Source: Squalus acanthias (Eukaryota). Taken from it: a DNA stretch of 64,000 bases. The translations under genes were made by a program, and so were the position numbers. Positions 11,310 through 21,110 of this stretch are shown piece after piece; the stretch's first letter is position 1, and every line of letters begins with the position of its first letter. The notes below the pieces were generated by a model. The model saw only the letters and a program-made list of their open reading frames with translations, was not told the origin of the DNA and did not search any database. The DNA is taken from NCBI GenBank assembly GCA_030390025.1, contig CM059432.1, forward strand, positions 115,384,001 through 115,448,000. The letters are read 5' to 3'.

Positions 11310-14300
11310 TTAGGAGGTGTGGACGAGACGGTGTGGCGGTCTGATGGGCCGGCCGGAGCGGCTCTTGTAGGACGCCGGTGGACATGGAACGGCCGGGCGT
11401 GGAGCAGCCGGGTGAACCGGCTTGAGGGCAGGTCGGCCGCGTGGCGGTGGACGAGCTACAGGGACCTGCTCACCGGGCTCCGAGTGTGCTGGCTTGAGTC
11501 GGTCAACCGACACTTTTTCGGTCCTGTCGCCCACTTGCAGGGTGAAAAATTTGTCCCCAGCCTGTAGCACCTTGTAGGGCCCATCGTACGGGGGTTGAAG
11601 GGGTCCGCGGTGGGTGTCGTGCCGGACGAAAATGAACCGTGCCTGGTGCAGGCTTAGTGGGACGTGTGAGGTGGATTCGCCGTGTCGGGCAATGGGCACC
11701 GGAGCGAACTGCAGCACTGGTGAGGCGAAGTCGTGGCGTTGCTGGTCGGCTGACCAGGGTGTCGTGGCGGTGGGCAGGAACTCGCCGGGTACGTGCAGCG
11801 GCTGACCGTACACGAGCTCTGCTGCCGATGCGTGGAGGTATTCTTTAACCGCGGTGCGCAGGCCGAGGAGGACCCACGGAAGTCGGTCGGTCCAGGCGCC
11901 GTCCTGGAGGCTGGCTCGAAGAGATGCCTTCAAGGATCTGTGGAACCGCTCACACAGTCCGTTGGCTTGGGGGTGGTACGCTGTGGTGCGGTGAATGGTC
12001 ACCCCGAGATTGCATGCGACGGCGGTCCAGAGTTCAGAGGTAAATTGCGGACCTCTGTCCGATGTCATGTCGGAGGGGACGCCGAACCGTGCGACCCAGG
12101 TGCTGACGAAGGCTCTGGCGATGTCGGCGGTAGAGGTCAGTGGAATTGCCTCGGGCCAGCGCGTGGTGCGGTCAACGATCGTCAGCAAGTGCGTGTGGCC
12201 TTGCGACGGCGGCAGGGGCCCGACGATGTCCACATGGAAGTGGTCGAATCTACGCGAGGGGACGGTAAACTCCTCGAGGGGTGCTTTCGTGTGTTGCTGT
12301 ACCTTGGCCCGTTGGCAGGCTAGGCAGGAGTTGGCCCAAGTATGCACATCCTTGCGAAGGCCGTGCCAGACAAAGCTGTTGGCTACCAATTTGATGGATG
12401 CGCGGGCGCCGGGGTGGGAGAGGTTGTGGAGAATGTCGAATACCCGGCGGCGCCAGGATGCTGGGACGACAGGCCGAGGTTGACATAGGGATATGTCGCA
12501 CTTGACCGTGACTGCGGTCGGGCCACAGGCGACGTCGGCCAGGCGTAGCCCTGGTAGGTGCAGAGAGCAGATCAGGGTCGGTGATCTGGTCTGCTGCGAG
12601 TTGAGTGTAGTCGACTGCCAGGTGTGCGGCGTGGATGGCGGGGCGGGAGAGGCAGTCGGCTACCACATTGTCTTGGCCGGAGACGTGTTGGATGTCCGTG
12701 GTGAACTCGGACACTGCCGCGAGCTGGCGCTGCTGCCTGGTGGACCAGGGGTCGGTTGTCTTTGCCATTGCGAATGTCAGGGGCTTGTGGTCGACAAACG
12801 CAGTGAAGGGGTGGCCCTCAAGCAAAAACCGAAAATGGCGGACCGCCAGGAACAGCGCGAGGAGCTCGTGGTTGAAGGTGCTGTACTTGACCTCCGGGGG
12901 GCGTAGTTGGCGGCTGAAGAAGGCAAGTGGTTGCCAGGCGCCGTCGACCCACTGCTCATACACGGCGCCGACCGCGTGGTCGGAGGCGTCCGTGGTGAGC
13001 GCTACCCTGGCATTGGGCCGTGGGTGCGCGAGCAGGGTGGCATTGGCGAGCGCGGTCTTGGTGGAGTCGAAGGCGGCGGACGCGTCTGCCGTCCATTCGA
13101 CTGCCATCTTGCCGCTCCTGCCCCGGAGGGCTTCATACAGGGGCCTCATGAGGGACGCCGCTTTGGGGATGAAGCGGTTATAGAAATTCACCATCCCGAG
13201 GAACTCCTGGAGGCCTTTGATGGTGGTGGGGCGGGGAAATTGTTGGACGGCCTGCACCTTGGTGGGCAGGGGAATGGCCCCAGCATGGGTGATGTGGTGG
13301 CCGAGGAAGTCGATCTTGTCCAGGCTGAACTGGCATTTGGCTGGGCTGAGGATGAGCCCGTAGTCGCTGAGGCGCCCGAACAGGATGCGAAGGTGTTCGA
13401 GGTGTTCCTGCTTGGAGGAACTGGCTACCAGGATGTCGTCCAGGTAGACGAACAGGAACTTCAGGTCCCGAAGGACCGAGTCCATGAGCCGTTGGAATGC
13501 CTGGGCCGCGTTTTTGAGGCCGAAGGGCATCCGCAGGAACTCGAACAGGCCGAAGGGGGTGATTACGGCCGTCTTGGGGACGTCCGCGGGGTGGACGGGG
13601 ACTTGGTGGTAGCCGCGCACCAGGTCGACCTTGGAAAAGACTGAGCGGCCGGCCAGTCTAGCCGAGAAGTGCTGAATGTGCGGCACGGGGTACCGATCGG
13701 GGTGGTGGCGTCGTTGAGGCGGCGGTAATCCCCGCAGGGGCGCCAACCCCCGCAGGGGCGCCAACCCCCGCCTGGTTTGGGGGCGATGTGGAGTGGGGAG
13801 GCCCAGGGACTGTTGGAGCGGCGGATGATGCCGAGCTGTGCCATGGTGGCAAACTCGGTCCGCGCGATCTCCAGTTTGGCCGGGTCCAGCCTGCGGGCGT
13901 GGGCTTACACTGGGGGGCCTGTGGTGGGGATGAAGTGTTCCACCCCGTGTTTGGCGGCCTCCGCGGAGAAGGTCGGATTGGTAAGGGCCGGGAATTCGGC
14001 CAGGAGTGCCGAGTAGTCATCCGTGGCCCGGGCGTGGCACTGTGACGCCATGTCGGCGGGTTGACGGGGGGCCATGGCGCCCAGGATGGGGGACATGATG
14101 TTCATATCCACGAGGCGGTGACGAGGGATGTCTACCAGTAGGCCGTGGGCGCACAGGAAATCTGCGCCGATGAGAGGGGAGAGCACCTTGGCAGTGATGA
14201 ACTCCCATCGGTAGCGGCGAGGGTGACTGTCCGGGTGCTGTACGTCCGGATTTCCGAGCCGTTAGCAGCAGCCAGCGCCGGTCCTCGTTCGCCCTTTTGG

Positions 14301-14381
14301 ATGTCGAGGGAGGAGGCCGGGATGATGCTGTGCTGAGCCCCAGTGTCGCACAGGAACCGGCGGCCGGTTTTGTCATCCGTG
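11310..14381 (-). pseudogene. Gypsy pol (protease, RT, RNase H, integrase) with frameshifts and stops
   Basis: FLCDTGA protease; SPWASPLH, KVDLVRGYHQ, MPFGLKNA, YLDD; TDAS...FFSRQL...VDHKPL...NVVADCLSR; HHCC then HVDIVGPLP...SDRGPQF...NGLCERFHR; YDGPYKV (GPY/F). Split over several frames. Confidence 0.95.
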
Positions 14382-14817
14382 TGGGCAACACGGTGGCATA
14401 GTGGTTAGCACTGCTGCCTCACAGCGCCAGAGACCCGGGTTCGAATCTGACCTCGGGTGACTGTCTGTGTGGAGTTTGCACATTCTCCCCGTGTCTGCGT
14501 GGGTTTCCTCCGGGTGCTCCGGTTTCCTCCCACAGTCCAAAAATGTGCGGGTTAGGTTGATTTGGCTATGATAAATTGACCCTTAGTGTTAGGGGGGATT
14601 AAATATGTGGGGTTATGGGGATAGGATGGGATATGTTAGGGGGAATTAAATACGTGGGGTTACGGGGGTAGGGTGGGATATGTGTACTGTGGGGATTAAA
14701 GCAGGGACAGGGTACTGGATTTGGATGATCAGCCATGATCGTATTGAATGGCGGAGCAGGCTCGACGGGCCGAATGGCCTACTCCTGCTCCTAGATTCTA
14801 TGTTTCTATGTTTCTAT
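14382..14817 (+). mobile_element. HE1-like V-SINE, young copy, inserted at the Gypsy gag/protease junction
   Basis: tRNA head GGTGGCATAGTGGTTAGCACTG...GGTTCGAATC; V-domain TGTGTGGAGTTTGCACATTCTCCCCGTGTCTGCGTGGGTTTCCTCCGGGTGCTCCGGTTTCCTCCCACAGTCCAAA; CR1-like tail ending (TTCTATGT)n; GTG duplication; removing it restores LLYVTDDKTGRRFLCDTGA. Confidence 0.92.
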
Positions 14818-14820
14818 GTG

Positions 14821-15551
14821 ACGTACAGCAGGGAGTCCGCGTGGCCCACGGCCATCGCGGGGGCTGGTACGGGGGCGGACTTGAAAGAGCAGGGAGGTGT
14901 GCACCATTGTGCCCTGGCGCCGAACCGTGCGTGGTAGTAACAGTGGCCCGGGTTAGTGGGGCGCGACGGCCCCATGGGCCTGGTGGCTGGTCCTTGTGGC
15001 CGCGTGGTGGCCGGTGAGGGGCACGCCCAGGCATTGGGTGCCAGGTCCGGAGTGACGTCGCGGCTGGAGTGAGCGGACAGCAGCTTGTCGGCCTCATCGG
15101 CCAGGGCTTCCAGGTTCGTGAGGCCGGACGCCACGATCGCTGGGCGGATGCTGAGAGGGAGCTGGCGGATGAACAGCGTGCGGAAGAGGGATCCGGGTGG
15201 GCTCTCGTCGGTGAGGGAGAGCATGTGGGAGAGGAGGTCTGACGGTGAGGCATCACCGAGGCCTGGAAGGTCGAGGAGGTGGCAGTTTCGCTGGTATGCC
15301 GAGGCCATAAATTTTTTAAGGAGCGCTGCCTTAAGATGTGCATACTTGCCTGCCTCTGGTGGGTTCTGCAGCGCTGTCCAAACCTTCGAAACTGTGGCGC
15401 TACCGAGTGATGTGACGAGGTAGTCGTACTGCGTCCCATCTGTGGTGATGTTTCGCAGCCGGAAGCGGGATTCAGCTTGGAGAAACCAGGCTTCGGGCTG
15501 GTTTTCCCAAAACTCCGGCAGTTTCATGGAAACTGCGTTCGTGCCCGCCAT
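14821..15551 (-). pseudogene. Gypsy gag (open frame, separated from pol by the SINE)
   Basis: KLPEFWENQPEAWFLQAESRF N-terminus; CYYHARFGARAQWCTPPC = C-X2-H-X9-C-X3-C. Confidence 0.92.
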
Positions 15552-15572
15552 TGCAGTGCTCGGAATACGTTC

Positions 15573-15590
15573 TGAGCGTTGGGGTCACCA
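15573..15590 (-). promoter_or_regulatory. Primer-binding site complementary to the tRNA-Trp 3' end
   Basis: TGGTGACCCCAACGCTCA, 1 nt from the 5' LTR; compare the tRNA-Trp PBS TGGTGACCCCGACGTGAT. Confidence 0.88.
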
Positions 15591-15591
15591 A

Positions 15592-15823
15592 TGTTGAGGC
15601 TGCCGCGAAACACGAATTAAGACTGAATCCATGTGTGGAAAACAAAGGCTTTTTAATACAACTGCATGGTCCAAAATGGCTGAAACCAACTGCTCCCAGA
15701 ATTCTCTGGAAAAATCCTGAGGCCCCGCCCACTCCTTTTCTCCTGCCTTCAAGGCAAGGTGCCCGATATTTTGTCCACGGACGGAAAAGTGGATAATGCC
15801 CGTTTAGGTGGCGATCCGCCACA
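15592..15823 (-). repeat. 5' LTR
   Basis: Direct repeat of 11058-11289, adjacent to the PBS. Confidence 0.96.
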
Positions 15824-15894
15824 ATGGGAATTTTAAAATCAAGGCGTTGCTTAACCGGGAACCAATGTAGGTCAGCAAGCACAGGGGTGTCATC

Positions 15895-16059
15895 CAATGT
15901 TCCCTCTAAGCTACGCGGCCACACAGCTGTCCGCCGGTCCCGCACAGCCCGGGACCGGCTTTTCCAATGTTAAATTTCGTGCATGCACAAAACTTTGAAT
16001 GGGCTGCACAGTCTCTTAAAGGGGCCGCACACCCAAATTTAAAATTAGGGGGAACACTG
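15895..16059. mobile_element. hAT-type MITE
   Basis: TIR CAATGTTCCC / GGGAACACTG; perfect 8-bp TSD GTGTCATC. Confidence 0.92.
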
Positions 16060-16731
16060 GTGTCATCATGATCGCAACTCTTATAGCGATGAAGAAAGAA
16101 TGAAGAATATTTGGATGAGAATGCTTTGTCTACTTCAGTATTCATCTGAGCAGATGGGATCTCTTTGCCACTGAAGATTTTGAACACTGGAGAGCTGTGG
16201 AATCCACTTCCAGTGATGCTGTTAAAAAAATGGCTCAATACTCTGACAGATGTATGGACTTAGCTTTTCTCTGGGTCCCTGCAAATTTGTTTCATTTAGC
16301 TCAAAGAATCAATGCAAAGACAAATAAAAATTTCCCAACTTTCTGGATGAATGCAGTGATGGAGGCAGCACTGCATGCTTCGAACACTTTATCGCTGCCC
16401 TTATTTTGCATTGGCCGCCTTCATTTTAGTCATAAAGTTTTTTAGAATCACCAATAACTAGCCTACTGTGCATTTCTGATGGTCCAACGTTCAGACAGAA
16501 ATGCCCACAGCTCTCACTAATTCTTTAACCTGTGTAATAACAGCTTCAAAACTGCAGGAAAATATCGGAGCAAAAATCTAGCAATCTTTTCTGAAATTAT
16601 CCACCTCACTGGCCATTATTTCAGTTCAAATTAATTCTAGGTTACACCATAGCTCCAGCGATGCCAAGTACAATACTGCTTCCTGTTTCACTCTTCCCTT
16701 TAAAACAGGCGATGAAAGATACAGCTAACCA

Positions 16732-16893
16732 AAGATGTGCGAGTTAGGTTGATTTGGCTATGATAAATTGACCCTTAGTGTTCGGGGGGATTAAATACGT
16801 GGGGTTACGGGGATAGGGTGGGATATGTGTCGGTGCAGGCTCGATGGGCCGAAATGGCCTCTATTTGCATTGTGGGGATTCTGTGATTCTGTG
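16732..16893 (+). mobile_element. 5'-truncated HE1-like SINE with a different 3' tail
   Basis: Body matches about 14540-14690 but has one copy of the internal unit; ends GGCCGAAATGGCCTCT...(ATTCTGTG)2. Confidence 0.8.
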
Positions 16894-16984
16894 AACCATG
16901 TATAGTGGTCCCATTTTTAGTGTGATGCTTAGTGGTGACTCTGTGTAGTCAAACAATTAATTTGTCATCCTCACTGGTAACGGG

Positions 16985-18600
16985 TAAAGTCATGTGACAA
17001 ATCTGAGAGAGTTCATTGAGAGGTGACCGATATGGTGTACATGGACTTTCAGAAAGCCTCTGACAAGATACTACACAGGAAACTACTGGAGAAGATTAAG
17101 GGGCATGGTATTAGGAGATGGATAGCAAATTGGATTAAAAACTGGTGAAACTAGGGGTTAAGGGCAGTTTCTCATAGTGCTTGAAATGGGAAGTGGTATC
17201 CATAGGGTTTTGTTCTGGGGCCGCTTCTGTTCATTATGTATATCATTGATTTGGATACAGGCCTAGAGGGATTGGTGTCCAAATCAACAGATACTAAAAT
17301 AGAAGGCATAGTAAATAATTCTGAGGACCCAAAGAAGCTGCAAAGGGATACTGAGGATGGTGGAATGGGCAAAAGACTGGCAGATGGAATTTACGTCAGT
17401 TAATCTGAGGCGGTGCATTTAATAAAAATACTATGGATGGGAGAAAGCTGGATGATATGGAAGAGCGGTTGGAAGTTGGGGCTGTGGTTCACAAGATATT
17501 AAAAGCAGCACCTCAAGTGGCTAAGGCCATAAAAAACAATGGAATACTAGACTTTATAGCAAGAGGTATAGAATATAAAAGTCGAGATGCAATGGTGAAT
17601 TTATTTAAAACCTTAATAAGACCATAGTTGGAGGACTGTGCAGTTTAAGGCTCCACACTATAAGAAGGATATTCAGGCAACAGAGAAGGTACAACGTAGA
17701 GGAAATACAAAGAAAGACTTGAAAAATTGGGGTGTTTTCCTTAGACAGAGGAGATTAGGGAGTGATTTGATAGAGGTTTTTAAATTTATGAAGGGATGTG
17801 ATGGGGTAATTAGAAATAGACTATTTCCACGTTGAGGGGTTTAGGATGAGGGAACATAGATAGAAGATTCAATATAAAATATTTAAGACAGAGAGCAGGC
17901 GAAAGTGTTTACACAGAGATTTGTGAGACTGTGGAACGTACTACCAGAATTAGTGACTGAAGCACTCAGGTAAATCATGGGGTGGGGTTATTAGGAGGGC
18001 CACACAACCCGGGGCGGCGGGGGGGGAGGGGGGGGGGGAGGAGGGGGTGCAGAGCCTGGGGTAGGGGATGACTACATTTCCTTGTGGCACCTGGAGAAGC
18101 ATTTCTGCTCCTCCAGGCCTCGCAATGAAAGTAAAAACGAGTTTAAAAACGTACCTCTTTAGGTCTCTTCTGGCCCGGCACCTCTTCCCGCTAGGTTGGC
18201 CTGGCAGGAAAACCACAACCGCTTGTGCTCAGTCCCATGGTTAAAACAGCAGTTGAGGCCTAATGATGTCAACGAAGCCCAACCTGCAAATTTAAAGGAG
18301 GATCCCACCGGGTGTCCATTTCACATGCTCAGAAGAGCAGGTTACAGTAGAAGCCTGTGGACGTCAGCGGGTGAACCCAGCAGGTGCTTTGAACTGCCCA
18401 CCCGCTTGGTTTCCGCTGCATGGACAGGGTTACAATCATCTCCCATGTCAACATTTATAAATAGGTTAGATAGGTGGTTGAAGGAAAGGGAATAAAGAGC
18501 AGGCACATGGGGTTAAGACGACTGCTCATGTGGAGGATTAACACCAACACGGACTAGCGGCCTGTGTTGTAATTCATATGTAATGCAATTCTATGTAAAG
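16985..18600 (+). mobile_element. Old CR1 fragment (RT C-terminus to tail) interrupted at about 17970-18445 by a GC-rich MITE-like insert
   Basis: Degenerate YMDFQKA, NGILDFIARGIEYKSR, EKVQRR motifs. Confidence 0.75.
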
Positions 18601-18760
18601 TTGCTCTGTAATTGAATTCCTAGTACCAGTTCAGGACTGGGACTTTTCAGAGTTTATAATGTATACAAGAAGTGGATTGTTGCAGAACCAAGCATATTCC
18701 CATAAAATGGAAAGATGGGACATCCAAAGCTAGAGTTCCCTGGATGACAAAGGAAATGAA

Positions 18761-19486
18761 GGTCGGAATTTTCAGAGGTACGAACGGGTGGGTTGGAGGT
18801 GTGGGGGGGTGAGTGAAAGTTGTACAAATTCAAAACCCGACCCCAACCCGCCCACTTTCACCTTTTACTCCGGCGGGACAGAGGGGGGAGGGGAAGGGGG
18901 GGCGGGCTGCCAACCCGCTGCCAAGAGGCGGGTTGGCAATGAGGTCTGAAGCCTCTACTTTAACCTGCTTTGCAGGTTTTACTGCAGGCAGCCGGGGATC
19001 CCGGGGCTCGGGATTCCCAGTAGCTGCAACGAGGTGGCCTCAGCCTCGGGGAGTAATCCTTGTGGGCCAGTAGGAGCAGCGGTGCTTCCTCACGGCCCCC
19101 CGAGCTCCCCCACCATCAGCCTGTCCCTCCCCAGGGTTGGTGATCCGACACCTCCACTCCCGGGGATCACGACTCCCTCCCCACCCCAAGGACAGGGATC
19201 GGACACCTCCTGGGGATTGCTCTCACCCCCTGGGGTCAGCAATCAGACCCCCCCACCCCCGGGGATTGCACCCTTCCCGCTTCCTGGGGGATGGGACCCC
19301 CCCCCCCCCGCCGCAACTATCCCAGGCCCAGCACTTACCTGGTCCTGCGGTGTCCTTGTCTGAGTTCCCCGCACAAATGGAAACCAGCCTGTTAATCAGG
19401 CTGACTTCTGGCCGAATTTCCGGGTTTCCTGCTGTCTCCTGGGACCCCCCCTGCACCCTGCAGGTGGGAGACGGGAAAATCCAGCC
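18761..19486. mobile_element. Harbinger-type MITE with C-rich low-complexity centre
   Basis: Ends GGTCGGAATTTTC / GAAAATCCAGCC; subterminal GGGTGGGTT...AACCCGACCCCAACCCGCCC shared with 54833-55759 and with family A ends; TSD ambiguous. Confidence 0.65.
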
Positions 19487-19489
19487 TGA

Positions 19490-20200
19490 GAGGATGGGGG
19501 AGTAGAGATATTGGATAGGATAAAAATAGATAGAAAGGAGGTTCTAAATAGGTTGGCATCACTTAAAGTTAACAAGTCACCTGGTCCAGACGGGATGCAT
19601 GGTGGGTTGCTGAGGGAAGCTAGGGTGGAGATAGAAGAAGGTCTGACCACAATCTTTCAATCCTCCTTGGATGTGGGAGTGGTGCCAGCAGAGTGAGGAT
19701 TGCAAATGTTACACCCTGTTCAAAAAGGAGGAAAGGGATAAACCTGGTAACTACAGGCCAATCAGTCTAACGTCAGTGATGGGAAAAATACTAGAGACCT
19801 TCGTCAAGGACAAAATTCATTCTCTCTTGGAGAAGCATGAGTTAATAAGGGACAGCCAGCTCAGATTTGTTAACGGCAAATTGTACCTGACTAACCTTAC
19901 TGAGTTCTTTGATGAAGTAATAGAGGGTTGATAAAGATAGTGCCGTAGATGTGGTATATATGGACTTTCAAAAGGTATTTGATAAAGTACCACATAACAG
20001 ACTTATTCAGAAAATAGAAGCACATGGTATTAAAGGGATGGTGGGAACTTGGTTATGTAATTGGCTACGGGATAGGAGGCAGAGAGAAGTGGTGAACGGA
20101 TGTCTTTCTGACTGGAGAGAAGTATGCAGTGGGGTCCCCCAGGTGCAGGTATTAGGACCATTGTTTTCTTGTTATATATAAATGATCTGGACTTGGGTAT
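19490..20200 (+). mobile_element. CR1 RT fragment
   Basis: NKSPGPDGMH, KPGNYRPISLTSVMGKILE, VYMDFQKVFDKVPH, SGVPQ. Confidence 0.9.
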
Positions 20201-20215
20201 ACCATCCATAACATT

Positions 20216-20640
20216 GGCCCGGATTTTGGGGTAAGTAATAACGGCGAACTGTCAGCGTTCGCCATCATTGCCCATTTGAAACTGGCCATAACTTCAGGAT
20301 GTAACGCATGCGCATCTAAACGTGGAAATCCTGAAGTTGCGGTCAGTCATTCACTGCTCTGACACTGGCTGCGCTGTGGACCCCATCCATAGCCGGCAAT
20401 CAGTGAACTCAGTGGAACTGACGAAAACTGAAGCTTTTCCACGCTAATATCGCTGTTGAACACCCCATTAAATGTTAAGCTTTGTTGGATTAGGTATAAC
20501 TGAGGTTTTAACAGCGTATTGACTGCTAAACAATTGTTCTGGCCCTGAAAAACTAATTTTATATTTGTGGAATGTCTAATTTCTCCACTATGATAAAAAT
20601 GACTAGATTTTTAAAAAAATTATAATTTTTTATAATGCCT
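20216..20640. mobile_element. Truncated Harbinger-type MITE (family of 30335/35636/55868)
   Basis: One end GGCCCGGATTTTG plus the shared arm (GCATGCGCA...GGAAATCC.GAAGTTGC); other end missing. Confidence 0.7.
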
Positions 20641-20842
20641 TCTTGAATGCCTGTCCTCACTACCACCCCCGGAATACTCGATCACCCTCTGCAAAACATT
20701 CAAATTCTGCACATCCAACCTCATTCCTGCTTCTTCAATTTAATTGGATGGCCCCTAATTCTACTCAACTCCATCACCTCAATCTATCCACTTGTATGAT
20801 ATCAATGCCCATAGTAATATTAAATACGTTTAAATATTTAAA

Positions 20843-21110
20843 ATAGTTGGCAAAAGAACCAGAGGTGAGATGGGGAGACATTTTTTTTTACTCAGCGAGT
20901 TGTTGTGATCTGGAATGCGTCGCCTGAAAGGGCGGTGGAAGCAGATTCAATAGTAACTTCCAAAAGGCAATTAGATATAGACTTGAAAAGTGAACATTTG
21001 CAGGGCTATGGGGAAAGAGCAGGACAGTGGGGCTAATTGGACAGTTCTTTGAAATAGCCAGCACAGGAATGATGGGCTGAATGGCCTCCTTCTGTGCTGT
21101 ATGATTCTAC
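20843..21110 (+). mobile_element. CR1 3' end
   Basis: FFTQRVV.IWN coding remnant and tail GGGCTGAATGGCCTCCTTCTGTGCTG. Confidence 0.85.

Larger units (their letters stand above)
11058..15823 (-). mobile_element. Ty3/Gypsy LTR retrotransposon, CsRn1-like, structurally complete but defective
   Basis: Two 232-bp TG...CA LTRs; 4-bp TSD ATGG (11054-11057, 15824-15827); PBS and PPT present; gag-PR-RT-RH-IN order. Confidence 0.96.
10672..15890 (-). mobile_element. L2 LINE 3' fragment (10672-11057 and 15828-15890) split by the Gypsy insertion
   Basis: Minus-strand TPVLADLHWFPVKQRLDFKI, ...FSCQGPELWNSLP...FKTLLKTYL; tail GGCGCTGTATAAATACAAGTTGTTG. Confidence 0.8.

Noticed and set aside
14383..14455. 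tRNA gene (also 5235-5305 and 56770-56840)
   Set aside because: tRNA-derived SINE heads that continue into SINE bodies
11274..15423. Long + strand ORFs (e.g. 12907-13644, 11793-12323, 12635-13183)
   Set aside because: Antisense shadows of the GC-rich Gypsy gag-pol; no independent motifs
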